Shown: piece by piece, positions 39,746-49,385 of the stretch
Layout of the letters: every line of letters begins with the position of its first letter
How positions within the stretch are numbered: the stretch's first letter is position 1
NCBI GenBank assembly: GCA_038883795.1
Contig: JAVZLK010000001.1
Span: 64,001 to 128,000, forward strand
DNA from: Candidatus Bathyarchaeia archaeon
Lineage (GTDB): Archaea; Thermoproteota; Bathyarchaeia; Bathyarchaeales; Bathycorpusculaceae
Direction: 5' to 3'
Length of the DNA: 64,000 nt
The notes under the pieces: generated by a model
Seen by the model: only the letters and a program-made list of their open reading frames with translations
Database searches by the model: none
Told to the model about the DNA's origin: nothing
Program-made: the position numbers and the translations under genes

Positions 39746-40981
39746 TTAAATCTGCTCTATCTCCTTCAAAACTTCGACAAAGCGGTCAACTTCTTCGCGG
39801 GTGTTATAAATGTAGAAGCTGGCTCTGGCAGAGGATTTCAGTTTAAACAGTTCATGTAAGGGTTGGGCGCAGTGGAAGCCGCTTCTAACCATGATGCCGT
39901 AATTGTCCAAAAACAAGGCAACATCATGCGAACTTAAGCCTTCAACGCCGAAGGGAATTATTCCACATTTTATGAAAGTGTCTTTTGTTCCGTAAATTTC
40001 AACTTTTTTGCATTCTGCCATTTTTTGCATGGCATATTTTGTTAGCATTTCCTCGTGAGCTTTCACATTTTCCATGCCTATGCGCTTTAAGTATCGTATA
40101 GCTTCCATAAGTCCTACACCGCCGCAAACATTTGGTGTTCCAGCCTCAAATTTCCATGGCAACGCATTAAAAGTGATGGAACAGCGTCCTTTGGCGGAGT
40201 TAAAGGAGACTTCGCGTATCATTTCGCCTCCTCCTTGGAAGGGTTCCATTTTTTCGAGGATTTCACGTTTGCCGTATAGGACGCCTATGCCAGTGGGTCC
40301 CAGCATTTTGTGTCCAGAAAAGGCTAGGAAGTCTATGTCTAAATCTTTGACGTCTACTGGCAAATGGGGGACGGATTGGGCTCCGTCCACAAGTGTTAAG
40401 GCGTTATATTCGTGGGCGACTTTTGCTATTCTTTGTACATCGTTCACTACGCCGCTTACGTTTGAAACGTGGCTTATGCACACAATTTTTGTTTTTTTCG
40501 AAATTTTGTTTTCAAAATCTTCATAATCTAATGTTCCATCTTTCTTTACGTTTACATACGCAACATTGAATCCGCGTGTTTTTGAGAGAAGTTCCCATGG
40601 GACGATGTTGCTGTGGTGTTCCATTAATGACACTATTACTTCATCGCCTTTTGTTAGGTTATGACAGCCCCAGGAGTATGCCACTAGGTTTATGGCTTCT
40701 GTTGTGCCTCTAACGAAAATTGTTTCTTCTGTACCTTTTGCGTTTATGAATTTGGCAACTTCTTCATGGGCTTCCTCATAAAGCGCAGTAGCCTCTTGGG
40801 ATAATGTGTGGACTGCACGGTGAACGTTTGCGTTGTGGTTTTCGTAAAAGTTTTTGATGGCTTTAATGACTTGTTTTGGTTTTTGCGTGGTTGCTGCATT
40901 GTCAAAGTATATGAGAGGGTTGTTGTTTATTTTTCGTTTTAAAATTGGGAAGTCTTCCCGAATTTTGTATGGGTCCAGCAT
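39746..40981 (-). CDS. sufS: Group II cysteine desulfurase
   Basis: YFDNAATTQKP, MEHHSN, SGHKMLGPTG, RSGFHCAQPL, ARASF. Start MLDPY overlaps the iscU stop. Confidence 0.93.
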   Translation of the reverse strand: MLDPYKIREDFPILKRKINNNPLIYFDNAATTQKPKQVIKAIKNFYENHNANVHRAVHTLSQEATALYEEAHEEVAKFINAKGTEETIFVRGTTEAINLVAYSWGCHNLTKGDEVIVSLMEHHSNIVPWELLSKTRGFNVAYVNVKKDGTLDYEDFENKISKKTKIVCISHVSNVSGVVNDVQRIAKVAHEYNALTLVDGAQSVPHLPVDVKDLDIDFLAFSGHKMLGPTGIGVLYGKREILEKMEPFQGGGEMIREVSFNSAKGRCSITFNALPWKFEAGTPNVCGGVGLMEAIRYLKRIGMENVKAHEEMLTKYAMQKMAECKKVEIYGTKDTFIKCGIIPFGVEGLSSHDVALFLDNYGIMVRSGFHCAQPLHELFKLKSSARASFYIYNTREEVDRFVEVLKEIEQI

Positions 40982-41481
40982 TATTTCTCCTCTGTTGTTT
41001 TCAATCTTTTTTCGAGAATTTTGGCTAGTTCTTCCTCTTCTAAGGCTTGTTTTTCTTCGAAACTTAGATTTTCCGGCAGCCAAGAGGGGGAAACGCCTTT
41101 GTTTTTATAATATTTTCTTATGGCTCTGTGGAGTGCACCGACGGCTAGGACGCCGCAGTGGAATTTTATGCTTGGCAATCCGCCGACGGCTTCGGCTACG
41201 CTTTTCCATGAAGTTTTCCATGCATCTTCAAGTTTCATGCCTTTAATCATTTCTGTGAGGATGCTGGATGTGGCTATGTTTGCGGCGCAGCCGTAACTTT
41301 CAAATGAAGCCTTCTCAATAACTTCTTGCTCATTTATTTTTAAGTAGAAAGTTATCATATCTCCACATGCTGGGTTTCCAGCAACAGCCGTAACCGTGGC
41401 GTCTTCCATCTTTCCAAGATTTTTCGGATTCCTAAATAGTTCAAGAACTTTTGGGTTGTAGGGTAATGGCATCCTCGACAT
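40981..41481 (-). CDS. iscU: IscU/NifU-type Fe-S scaffold
   Basis: GNPACGD, YGCAA, LPSIKFHC. Confidence 0.9.
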   Translation of the reverse strand: MSRMPLPYNPKVLELFRNPKNLGKMEDATVTAVAGNPACGDMITFYLKINEQEVIEKASFESYGCAANIATSSILTEMIKGMKLEDAWKTSWKSVAEAVGGLPSIKFHCGVLAVGALHRAIRKYYKNKGVSPSWLPENLSFEEKQALEEEELAKILEKRLKTTEEK

Positions 41482-41482
41482 T

Positions 41483-42709
41483 TTATTCCACTCCAGTGGC
41501 GCCCGTTATCCCCCTTATTCTTTCTACAGCCTTTGGAATTACTTCCAAAACGTAATTTATGTCTTCCCTAGTGTGATACCTCGTAACTTTCATTAGGATG
41601 CTGCCGTGGGCTTCACTGTAAACACGCCCTATTGCGACGAGAACGTGGCTTGGTTGGAGAATTCTTCTGGTGCATGCGCTTCCGCTTGAAACGTAAACGC
41701 CGTTTAGGCTTAGTTCTATTGTTAGGGCTTCTCCTTCGCATCTTAAGAAGCTAATATTCGCATTGTCAGGCGCCCTTTTTTCGCCTCGGGGTCCGTTAAG
41801 CCTGACATCTGTTATTTTCTCAATTATACCGTCAATGAGTTGGTCTCGTAAAGCCCTCATATGCCTCACATTTTCCTCAAAGTTTTGGAAGGCAAGCTCA
41901 GAAGCCCTTGCAAAACCAACAATTAGAGGCGTGTTTTCAATTCCTGGCCAAAGCTTTTGGGTTCCAATTTGCCCTTCCAAAATCCTTTCTAAGTTGACGC
42001 CTTCCTTAACGTATAAGGCGCCTACTCCTCGAGGACCTAAAATTTTGTAGCTGCTTATTGTGGCTAAATCCACTTCTAAGGATTTTATGTCGATGGGAAT
42101 TTTTCCAAAGGCATCTGACATGTCAGAGTGGAAGATTGCTTGTGGATTTTTGTCTTTTACAATTTTTGTGGCTTCTTTTATTGGTTGTATTGTTCCAATT
42201 TCATGGTTTACAGCCGACAAGCTTACGAGGATTGTTTCTTTGTCTATGGCTTCTTTTAGTTTTTCAAGGTTTAGGAAGCCTTCTCTGTCCACTGGGATTT
42301 TGGTTGTTGTGAACCCGTATTTTTGGAGCAGTTCGGTGGTGGTATGCAAAATGCTTAGGGGTTCAATTTCGGAAACCACGATTTTTTTGCCTTTATTTTT
42401 CATGGAAAAAGCGGTTCCAAGAAGCGCCAGATTGTTGGCTTCTGTTTCTCCTGGAGTAAAATTAACCTCCTCAAGGCTTTTACATCCCAAAAAATTGGCA
42501 ATTTTTTGTGCTGACTCCATTATTGTTTCGAAGGCTTCCCATCCTGGTTTATGCGTTAATGTAGGGTTGCCATAAGCCTTTTGGTTAAAGTATGGGAGCA
42601 TGGCTTCCACTATTTCTTTTGGAACCATGCTGGAGTTTTCAATGTCTAGGTAGACTTCCTTTTTTAGTCCTTCATGGGCTTTGAGGAGTTCTCTAACGTT
42701 TTCAATCAT
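41483..42709 (-). CDS. iscS: IscS-like group I cysteine desulfurase homologue with degenerate active site
   Basis: YGNP, SSYKILGPRG and VSSGSACT retained; several substrate/PLP residues substituted. Confidence 0.85.
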   Translation of the reverse strand: MIENVRELLKAHEGLKKEVYLDIENSSMVPKEIVEAMLPYFNQKAYGNPTLTHKPGWEAFETIMESAQKIANFLGCKSLEEVNFTPGETEANNLALLGTAFSMKNKGKKIVVSEIEPLSILHTTTELLQKYGFTTTKIPVDREGFLNLEKLKEAIDKETILVSLSAVNHEIGTIQPIKEATKIVKDKNPQAIFHSDMSDAFGKIPIDIKSLEVDLATISSYKILGPRGVGALYVKEGVNLERILEGQIGTQKLWPGIENTPLIVGFARASELAFQNFEENVRHMRALRDQLIDGIIEKITDVRLNGPRGEKRAPDNANISFLRCEGEALTIELSLNGVYVSSGSACTRRILQPSHVLVAIGRVYSEAHGSILMKVTRYHTREDINYVLEVIPKAVERIRGITGATGVE

Positions 42710-42915
42710 AACCTTTCAAGTCCTATTTTTCAACAATCTATTAAGTTTTAGCTTATAGAAAAAGGTATTCAACTAGCTTCCATAAGGTTTGCAACATTTT
42801 TTGGCTTGTTTTTCAACCAATAGTGATAGCCTCTCTATAGATTTCTGCGTTTCACGTAACGCTTTAAATTAGCGGTGCGTTTATTGTGCTGTAGGAAAGA
42901 GATAGGCGTATTCAA

Positions 42916-45147
42916 GTGAAGATTGTAGATTTGCTAATTCCAGAGTCTGTTAAGGAAATTCTAATCAGGTCTGGAATTGTGGAGCTTTATCCACCACAAG
43001 AAGAAGCCATAAAAGCCGGCGCCCTTGAGGGACGAAACCTTGTTTTGGCAAGTCCAACGGCTTCTGGAAAAACTTTGGTGGCGGAATTTTGCGCCTTAAA
43101 GCATATTCTGGAGAAAAATGGAAAAGTCATTTACTTAACGCCTTTAAGGGCTTTGGCTAACGAAAAATTTGACGAATTCAAAAAATACACCGCTATAAAA
43201 AAAGACGATGGCAAACGCTTGAGAGTGGGCATAAGCACGGGCGACTTTGACAGCAGCGACCCATGGCTAGAGCGCTATGACATAATCATAACCACAAACG
43301 AGAAGGCTGACTCGCTTTTGAGGCACAGAGCCAAATGGATGGATGAAATTTCGCTTGTTGTTGCTGATGAAGTGCACTTGTTAAATGATGCTGAGCGCGG
43401 ACCAACTTTAGAAGTGGTTTTGGCAAGGCTTATGCAAATTAACCCAGACATACAAGTTTTGGCTTTAAGCGCCACAATAAACAATGTCCAAGAAATAGCC
43501 GAATGGCTTAAGGCTGATTATGTCGCAACAGAGTGGAGACCAATACTTCTAAAGGAAGGCGTCCTCCTACACGAAGAAATCCAGTTTAAAGATGGAGACG
43601 CCCGCAAAATAGAAAAGGAAACCAGGAATCCAGCCATAAACTTAGCATTAAACACGGTAAAGTCTGGCGGTCAAGCATTAATTTTTGCTGCAACCCGCAA
43701 AAACGCAGTTATGCTGGCAAAAAAAGTCGCGGGCGAAATCGAACAAGTTTTGTCTAAACCAATAAAACGTGCCTTGGAACATGAGGCAGAAAGGATTCTG
43801 GCGGCAGGCGAAAAAACCAGAATAAGTGAATTGCTTGCTGAACTCGTTAAACGGGGCACAGCCTTCCATCATGCTGGCTTGGGCGGAAACCACCGCAAAT
43901 TAATAGAGGATTCTTTCCGAGAGGGAAAAATTAAGGTTTTAACTGCTACGCCAACATTGGCTTTCGGCGTGAACTTGCCAGCAAGAACAGTCGTAATCCA
44001 AGATTATAGACGCTACGAGCCTGGATATGGCTACTATCCAATAAGCGTTTTAGAATACAAACAAATGGCTGGCAGAGCTGGAAGACCAAAATACGACAAG
44101 GTCGGCGAAGCCATACTCATAGCCAAAACCGCAGATGAATCAGACTATTTAATGGAAAGCTACATCCTAGCAAAACCAGAACGCATATGGTCCAGATTGG
44201 CTGTTGAAAGAATCTTGAGGTCTCACGTTTTAGCAACGATTGCGGCAGATTTTGCCCACACAGAACAAGGAATATACGACTTTTTTGGAAGAACCTTTTA
44301 TGCCTATCAATATGAAACAGGCACCATTAAGGGCATAATAGCAAAAATTCTCAAGTACCTTTATGATGAAGAAATGATTGACGTTAGCGGAGAAAACATT
44401 TACGCAACAAAATTCGGAAAGCGAGTTAGCGAATTATACATAGACCCAGTTTCAGCAGTTATAATACGCAATGCGCTAAGAAGGAGACCAGCATACATAA
44501 CGGACTTAAGCCTCCTCCACATGATTGCCCATACGCCAGACATGGGTCCAATAATGAGACCCTACTCCCGCGAATTAGACGTGATAGCCCTTTTCATGGA
44601 AGAACACAAACCAGAGTTTCTGGTAGAAGTGCCAGACGAGTGGGAGGATCGCATAGCATACGAACAATTCTTAGGCGAAGTAAAAACAGCCATGATTTTA
44701 AACGGTTGGATTGAGGAGATGACGGAAGACGAAATAATCGAGAGATTCAGAACGCAACCAGGCGACTTATACAGAATAATTGAAAATGCAAAATGGCTCC
44801 TATACGCAACGCATGAACTGGCATCACTTTTTGGCAACAAAGAAATCCTACCAAAAACAGCAGAACTCATGGAAAGAGTCGAAAAGGGAGTAAAGAAAGA
44901 ACTGCTGCCCATAGTTAAACTGGAAGGCGTCGGCAGAATCCGCGGACGCATACTATACAATTCTGGATACAAAACAATAGAAGACATAAAACTCGCATCC
45001 ATAGAAGACCTAATGAACCTACCGCTAATCGGACCAAAACTGGCAAAGAAAATAAAAGAACAAGTGGGCGGCTTCGTGAAAAAGGAAACATGGGAAAAAC
45101 TTGAAAAAGAAGAAGTATGGAAACAGAAGGCTTTAACAGAATATTAG
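42916..45147 (+). CDS. hel308: Ski2-like SF2 DNA helicase Hel308/Hjm
   Basis: PTASGKT, DEVH, LSAT, QMAGRAGRP, C-terminal HhH. Confidence 0.95.
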   Translation: MKIVDLLIPESVKEILIRSGIVELYPPQEEAIKAGALEGRNLVLASPTASGKTLVAEFCALKHILEKNGKVIYLTPLRALANEKFDEFKKYTAIKKDDGKRLRVGISTGDFDSSDPWLERYDIIITTNEKADSLLRHRAKWMDEISLVVADEVHLLNDAERGPTLEVVLARLMQINPDIQVLALSATINNVQEIAEWLKADYVATEWRPILLKEGVLLHEEIQFKDGDARKIEKETRNPAINLALNTVKSGGQALIFAATRKNAVMLAKKVAGEIEQVLSKPIKRALEHEAERILAAGEKTRISELLAELVKRGTAFHHAGLGGNHRKLIEDSFREGKIKVLTATPTLAFGVNLPARTVVIQDYRRYEPGYGYYPISVLEYKQMAGRAGRPKYDKVGEAILIAKTADESDYLMESYILAKPERIWSRLAVERILRSHVLATIAADFAHTEQGIYDFFGRTFYAYQYETGTIKGIIAKILKYLYDEEMIDVSGENIYATKFGKRVSELYIDPVSAVIIRNALRRRPAYITDLSLLHMIAHTPDMGPIMRPYSRELDVIALFMEEHKPEFLVEVPDEWEDRIAYEQFLGEVKTAMILNGWIEEMTEDEIIERFRTQPGDLYRIIENAKWLLYATHELASLFGNKEILPKTAELMERVEKGVKKELLPIVKLEGVGRIRGRILYNSGYKTIEDIKLASIEDLMNLPLIGPKLAKKIKEQVGGFVKKETWEKLEKEEVWKQKALTEY

Positions 45148-46511
45148 GCTAAACCCCGAGCTTTACGCTCCCTTAACGTCTTTTTAACCATCAAAACAAC
45201 TTGTTTTTTGGCTGTCCCAAGATAATTCTTCGGCTTCAAAGCCTCAGCAATTTCTTTCTCGCTTAATTTACTACTTACAATTTTGTCTTCTAAGAGAACT
45301 TCTTTGAAATTTCGTTTTTCTGTTTCGCTTTTTATGGTTAATTTTCTGAGCAGTTCGTGGGCTTCTTGGCGGTCCATGCCCTTCCGTGTTAATGCAATCA
45401 TAACCGCCTCAGACATGGCACGCCCCTGTGTTAATTCAATGTTTTTAAGCATTCTTTCTTCGTCAACACATAAATTAGCCACAATATTAGTCATTAAGAA
45501 AAGCATGTAATCAACCAAAATGCACACTTCGGGGATTATGAAACGCTCTGCTGAGGATTGCGTTAAATCCCGCTCATGCCAAGTCACAACATCCTCTAGG
45601 GCTGGAACAACAAGGCTTCGGACAATTCTTGCTAAGCCGCAAATTCTTTCGCATGTTTCCGGATTCCGCTTATGAGGCATTGTTGAACTTCCAACCTGCC
45701 TTTCCACTTCAAAAGGCTCAAAAAGTTCGCCAATTTCTGGTCTTTGCAGTTCCCGAATTTCTGTGGCAAAATTTTCAAGAGACGAAGCAATCAAGGCTAA
45801 TAAACATACGAGTTCCGCATGGCGGTCCCTCTGCACAATCTGCGTTGAAATATCAGCCGCTTTAATGCCAAGCCTCTGCATCACAAGCTCCTGAATTTGC
45901 ATAGCGTTAACGCCCAAACCAGCTTGGGTTCCCACAGCCCCACTCATTTTACCAACCAAAACCCGCTCTCGACATTGTCTGACTCTTTGAATGTGACGTG
46001 AAACTTCGCGCATCCAAACAGCAAACTTAAAGCCCAAAGTTATGGGTAAAGCATGTTGTCCATGTGTTCTGCCCATCATTAATGTATTTTTATGCTGCAA
46101 AGCCTTTTCCATCAAAACCTTTTCAAACTCATCCAAACGTTTCTCAATTAACCCTAACGCATCTTTTAGCTGGAGGGCTATTGCTGTATCCACAATATCA
46201 TAGCTTGTAGCTCCGAGGTGAACGTAAGCTCCGCTTGGTCCACACGCCTCTGCTAAGGCTCTAACCAAGGCTGCAACATCATGCTTTATCTCACGCTCAA
46301 TCTCCTTTATCCTACTTAATTTAACATGCTCTATGGACGCTGTAGCCGCAATTTTTTCAGCATCCTTTCTCGGTATGTTTCCAATTTCAGCATGCGCCAA
46401 AGCCAAAGCCGCTTCCACATCAAGCATTTTTTGGACACGCGCCTCTTCTTCAAAGATTTTTCGCATTTCAGCAGTTCCGTAACGACCAGTGTCGATGGGA
46501 AGAATTGGCAA
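45144..46511 (-). CDS. purB: Adenylosuccinate lyase
   Basis: (M)PILPIDTGRYG, HLGATSYD, GRTHGQHA, GSSTMPHKRNP. TTG start at 46511. Confidence 0.95.
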   Translation of the reverse strand: MPILPIDTGRYGTAEMRKIFEEEARVQKMLDVEAALALAHAEIGNIPRKDAEKIAATASIEHVKLSRIKEIEREIKHDVAALVRALAEACGPSGAYVHLGATSYDIVDTAIALQLKDALGLIEKRLDEFEKVLMEKALQHKNTLMMGRTHGQHALPITLGFKFAVWMREVSRHIQRVRQCRERVLVGKMSGAVGTQAGLGVNAMQIQELVMQRLGIKAADISTQIVQRDRHAELVCLLALIASSLENFATEIRELQRPEIGELFEPFEVERQVGSSTMPHKRNPETCERICGLARIVRSLVVPALEDVVTWHERDLTQSSAERFIIPEVCILVDYMLFLMTNIVANLCVDEERMLKNIELTQGRAMSEAVMIALTRKGMDRQEAHELLRKLTIKSETEKRNFKEVLLEDKIVSSKLSEKEIAEALKPKNYLGTAKKQVVLMVKKTLRERKARGLA

Positions 46512-46578
46512 ATCCTTTATCCCTCGCAAGAAAATAATGCGATTAGAGATAAATGCCTTACCAAAAGGACTCAACAAC

Positions 46579-48036
46579 ATGGGAGCAATAATAGCCGTAC
46601 TAAACAAAAAAGACGATAACGCAAAAGAAGTAGCTGTTGCCATGCTAAAAACTTTAAGCATCGATAAATGCGCAGAAGCCTTTGGAATAGCATCACCACA
46701 AAATTTGGAAATAGAAAAATCCGTTGAAGCATTACGAGACAAGCCAATAAAATCACCCGTAGTAATTGGATACGCATTCTCAAAAATCTTGGCATCAGAC
46801 AAACCTCAACCAACAATGCTGAAACATGCAACGCTTGTTTTTGATGGAAGACTATACCCGAGTACCGCAGACACTTCGGACGTGAAGATTGCTGCAGAAA
46901 AACTTCAAAAAAATGAAGAAAACATTGAAGCATTCATACGAAGCGTAGAAGGAGACTTTGCCTTTGTAATAGCTGAACCAAAAAGGCTCGTTGCTGGAAG
47001 AGACATCATGGGGGTTCGTCCGCTTTATTATGGTGAAAGTGCAGATTGTATTGCGTTAGCCTCCGAACGAAAAGCCATATGGAAAATCGGAATAAAAGAT
47101 ACCGCATCTTTTCCACCTGGACATATAGCATTTATCAACAAAAACGGTTTCAAATTTAAACCTGTGAAAACACTTGCCCGCTCAAAGGCAAAACCAATTT
47201 CCATGCAAGAAGCCCTCAAAAAACTTGAAGCCTTATTGCAAAGGTCAGTTGAGGAAAGAGTTTCTGGATTAGGGGAAGTTGCAGTAGCTTTTTCTGGAGG
47301 ATTGGACAGCAGCATAATCGCTCTTCTAGCCAAAAACTCAGGAATAAACGTCAAGCTAATTCACGTAAGCCTAAAAAATCAGCCAGAAACCCAACATGCA
47401 GAAAAGGCGGCAGAAGCGCTGGAACTTCCAATTTATAACTACCTTTATGAAGAGGAAGCGGTAGCAGAAACCCTTCCAAAAGTTCTCTGGCTTATTGAGG
47501 AACCAGACCCCATAAACGTAAGTATAGGCATTCCATTTTGTTGGGTAGCGGAAAAAGCTGCAAAAATGAAGCTTAAAGTATTATTAGCTGGGCAAGGCGC
47601 TGATGAACTATTCGGAGGCTACAGGCGTTACGTAAATGATTATAAGCGATACGGAAGCGAAAGGGTACAAGAAATAATATTTAACGACATTGTCAAAATG
47701 TATGAGAACAATTTGGAAAGGGATTTTAAGATTTGCAACTTCCATAATGTAGAATTGCGTTTACTTTTTGCAACATATTCCATGGCAAAATTTGCCATGT
47801 CTTTATCAGTTGAATTAAAAATTAAGTTAGTAAATGAGGGTATGCGAAAGATTGTGCTTAGGCGTTTTGGCGCAAAACTTGGACTTCCAAGATGGATAAC
47901 TGAAAGGCAAAAGAAAGCGATACAATATGCTACAGGCGTGAATAAAATCCTCAAGAAATTAGCTAATAGTAAGGGATTATCCCAAAAAGCGTACTTACAG
48001 CGAACATTCCAAACTCTTCTAAAAAGGAAGTTGTGA
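46579..48036 (+). CDS. Asparagine synthetase-like protein lacking the N-terminal catalytic Cys
   Basis: RDIMGVRPLY, FSGGLDSS, GQGADELFGGY. N-terminus MGAII rather than MCGI. Confidence 0.85.
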   Translation: MGAIIAVLNKKDDNAKEVAVAMLKTLSIDKCAEAFGIASPQNLEIEKSVEALRDKPIKSPVVIGYAFSKILASDKPQPTMLKHATLVFDGRLYPSTADTSDVKIAAEKLQKNEENIEAFIRSVEGDFAFVIAEPKRLVAGRDIMGVRPLYYGESADCIALASERKAIWKIGIKDTASFPPGHIAFINKNGFKFKPVKTLARSKAKPISMQEALKKLEALLQRSVEERVSGLGEVAVAFSGGLDSSIIALLAKNSGINVKLIHVSLKNQPETQHAEKAAEALELPIYNYLYEEEAVAETLPKVLWLIEEPDPINVSIGIPFCWVAEKAAKMKLKVLLAGQGADELFGGYRRYVNDYKRYGSERVQEIIFNDIVKMYENNLERDFKICNFHNVELRLLFATYSMAKFAMSLSVELKIKLVNEGMRKIVLRRFGAKLGLPRWITERQKKAIQYATGVNKILKKLANSKGLSQKAYLQRTFQTLLKRKL

Positions 48037-48037
48037 A

Positions 48038-49102
48038 ATGGATAAGACTGCGGTTATATTTTCTCCCATATATTATCAGCATAATCCAGGCAGAAACCAT
48101 CCAGAATCAGCAAGGCGCCTCAGCGCCATCATAACCGAATTAAAGAGGGGACAATTATCAAGAAGCAGAAATTGGCAGTTTGCAGAACCAGAAAAAGCCA
48201 GCATAGAACACATCAAACTGATCCACGACATAGAATACATCAGATTCATTGAAAACTTTTGCAACTCTGGAGGAGGACTAATAGACTTGGAAGACACGAT
48301 AGTTTCACGGAAAAGCTTTGAAGTTGCCCTTTACGCTGCTGGTGGAACATTGAAGGCAGTTGACCTTGTCAAGGAGGGCAAGTTTGAAAATGCTTTTGCT
48401 GTGGTTCGCCCTCCTGGTCATCATGCAGAAAAGTTTCGTGCTTTTGGCTTTTGCATATTCAACAATGTTGCCATAGCCGCAAAATACTTGCTTAAAAATT
48501 TTGGTTTAAAAAGAATCGCCATTCTGGATATTGATGCACACCATGGAAATGGCACGCAGGAGAGTTTCTATCAAACAGACGAAGTTTTATACATAAGCCT
48601 ACATCAAGATCCCAGCATCTTTCCGGGAACAGGATTTGTTGATGAAATAGGAGAGGACAAAGGTTTAGGCTTTAATGTGAATATTCCGCTTCCCTTTTGG
48701 ACGGGTGACCGCGTATATTTGAAGGCGTTGAGGGAGATTGCTGTGCCAATAATACGGGAATACAAACCACAATTCATGCTTGTGTCGGCTGGTTTAGATG
48801 GTCATTACACAGACCCCGTTGGTAACCTTTCTCTTTCTGTATTGTGTTATCAAGAAATTTTTGAAACGATAGTTAACTTGGCATCGGAAATGTGCCATGG
48901 AAAGCTTGTGTCTGTTTTAGAAGGAGGCTACAGCCGCAAATTTGTTGGAAAAATAGCTGCAGCAGCCATTGCAAAAATGAGTGGAACATTTTACAGCATA
49001 AATGATAAGGCTCCACCAACCAGCAAGCACAACGAAAGAAAAGGCGAAAAAGTCATAAGCGAAATTAAGAAAGCACAGAGCAGCTTTTGGCGTTTAAATT
49101 AG
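48038..49102 (+). CDS. Histone deacetylase/AcuC-family amidohydrolase
   Basis: HPES, RPPGHHA, GFCIFNN, DIDAHHGNGTQ, LEGGY. Confidence 0.93.
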   Translation: MDKTAVIFSPIYYQHNPGRNHPESARRLSAIITELKRGQLSRSRNWQFAEPEKASIEHIKLIHDIEYIRFIENFCNSGGGLIDLEDTIVSRKSFEVALYAAGGTLKAVDLVKEGKFENAFAVVRPPGHHAEKFRAFGFCIFNNVAIAAKYLLKNFGLKRIAILDIDAHHGNGTQESFYQTDEVLYISLHQDPSIFPGTGFVDEIGEDKGLGFNVNIPLPFWTGDRVYLKALREIAVPIIREYKPQFMLVSAGLDGHYTDPVGNLSLSVLCYQEIFETIVNLASEMCHGKLVSVLEGGYSRKFVGKIAAAAIAKMSGTFYSINDKAPPTSKHNERKGEKVISEIKKAQSSFWRLN

Positions 49103-49136
49103 AAAATTAAAAGCGCATGTTAGAAATGGTTAACCC

Positions 49137-49319
49137 TTATTCTATCACTTGAATTGCACTTTCTGGACATTGAGCCTCGCATGCCCTGCAAACCAAACAT
49201 TCTTCAGGTTTAACTGGAACGGACTTTCCGTCTCTAATCTCGTAGACACCTACTGGGCATGTGTCTACGCAGGTGCCGCATCCTGTACATTTGTGATTGT
49301 CAACTACTATTTTCACCAT
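49137..49319 (-). CDS. 2x[4Fe-4S] ferredoxin
   Basis: CTGCGTCVDTCP and CLVCRACEAQCP. Confidence 0.93.
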   Translation of the reverse strand: MVKIVVDNHKCTGCGTCVDTCPVGVYEIRDGKSVPVKPEECLVCRACEAQCPESAIQVIE

Positions 49320-49385
49320 ATGAGCTCCTCCTTTCTAACTAGATTTTCATTGAATGCAAAGCAGTAGAATAAAAGCCTTTTGGGG

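Noticed and set aside
40982-41083. Arg-rich N-terminal extension of SufS
   Set aside because: It is an alternative frame of the iscU 3' end. The real start is 40981.
46489-46802. Apparent head-to-head overlap of purB and the asnB-like gene
   Set aside because: Artefact of longest-ORF calling. Conserved N-termini start at 46511 (-) and 46579 (+).
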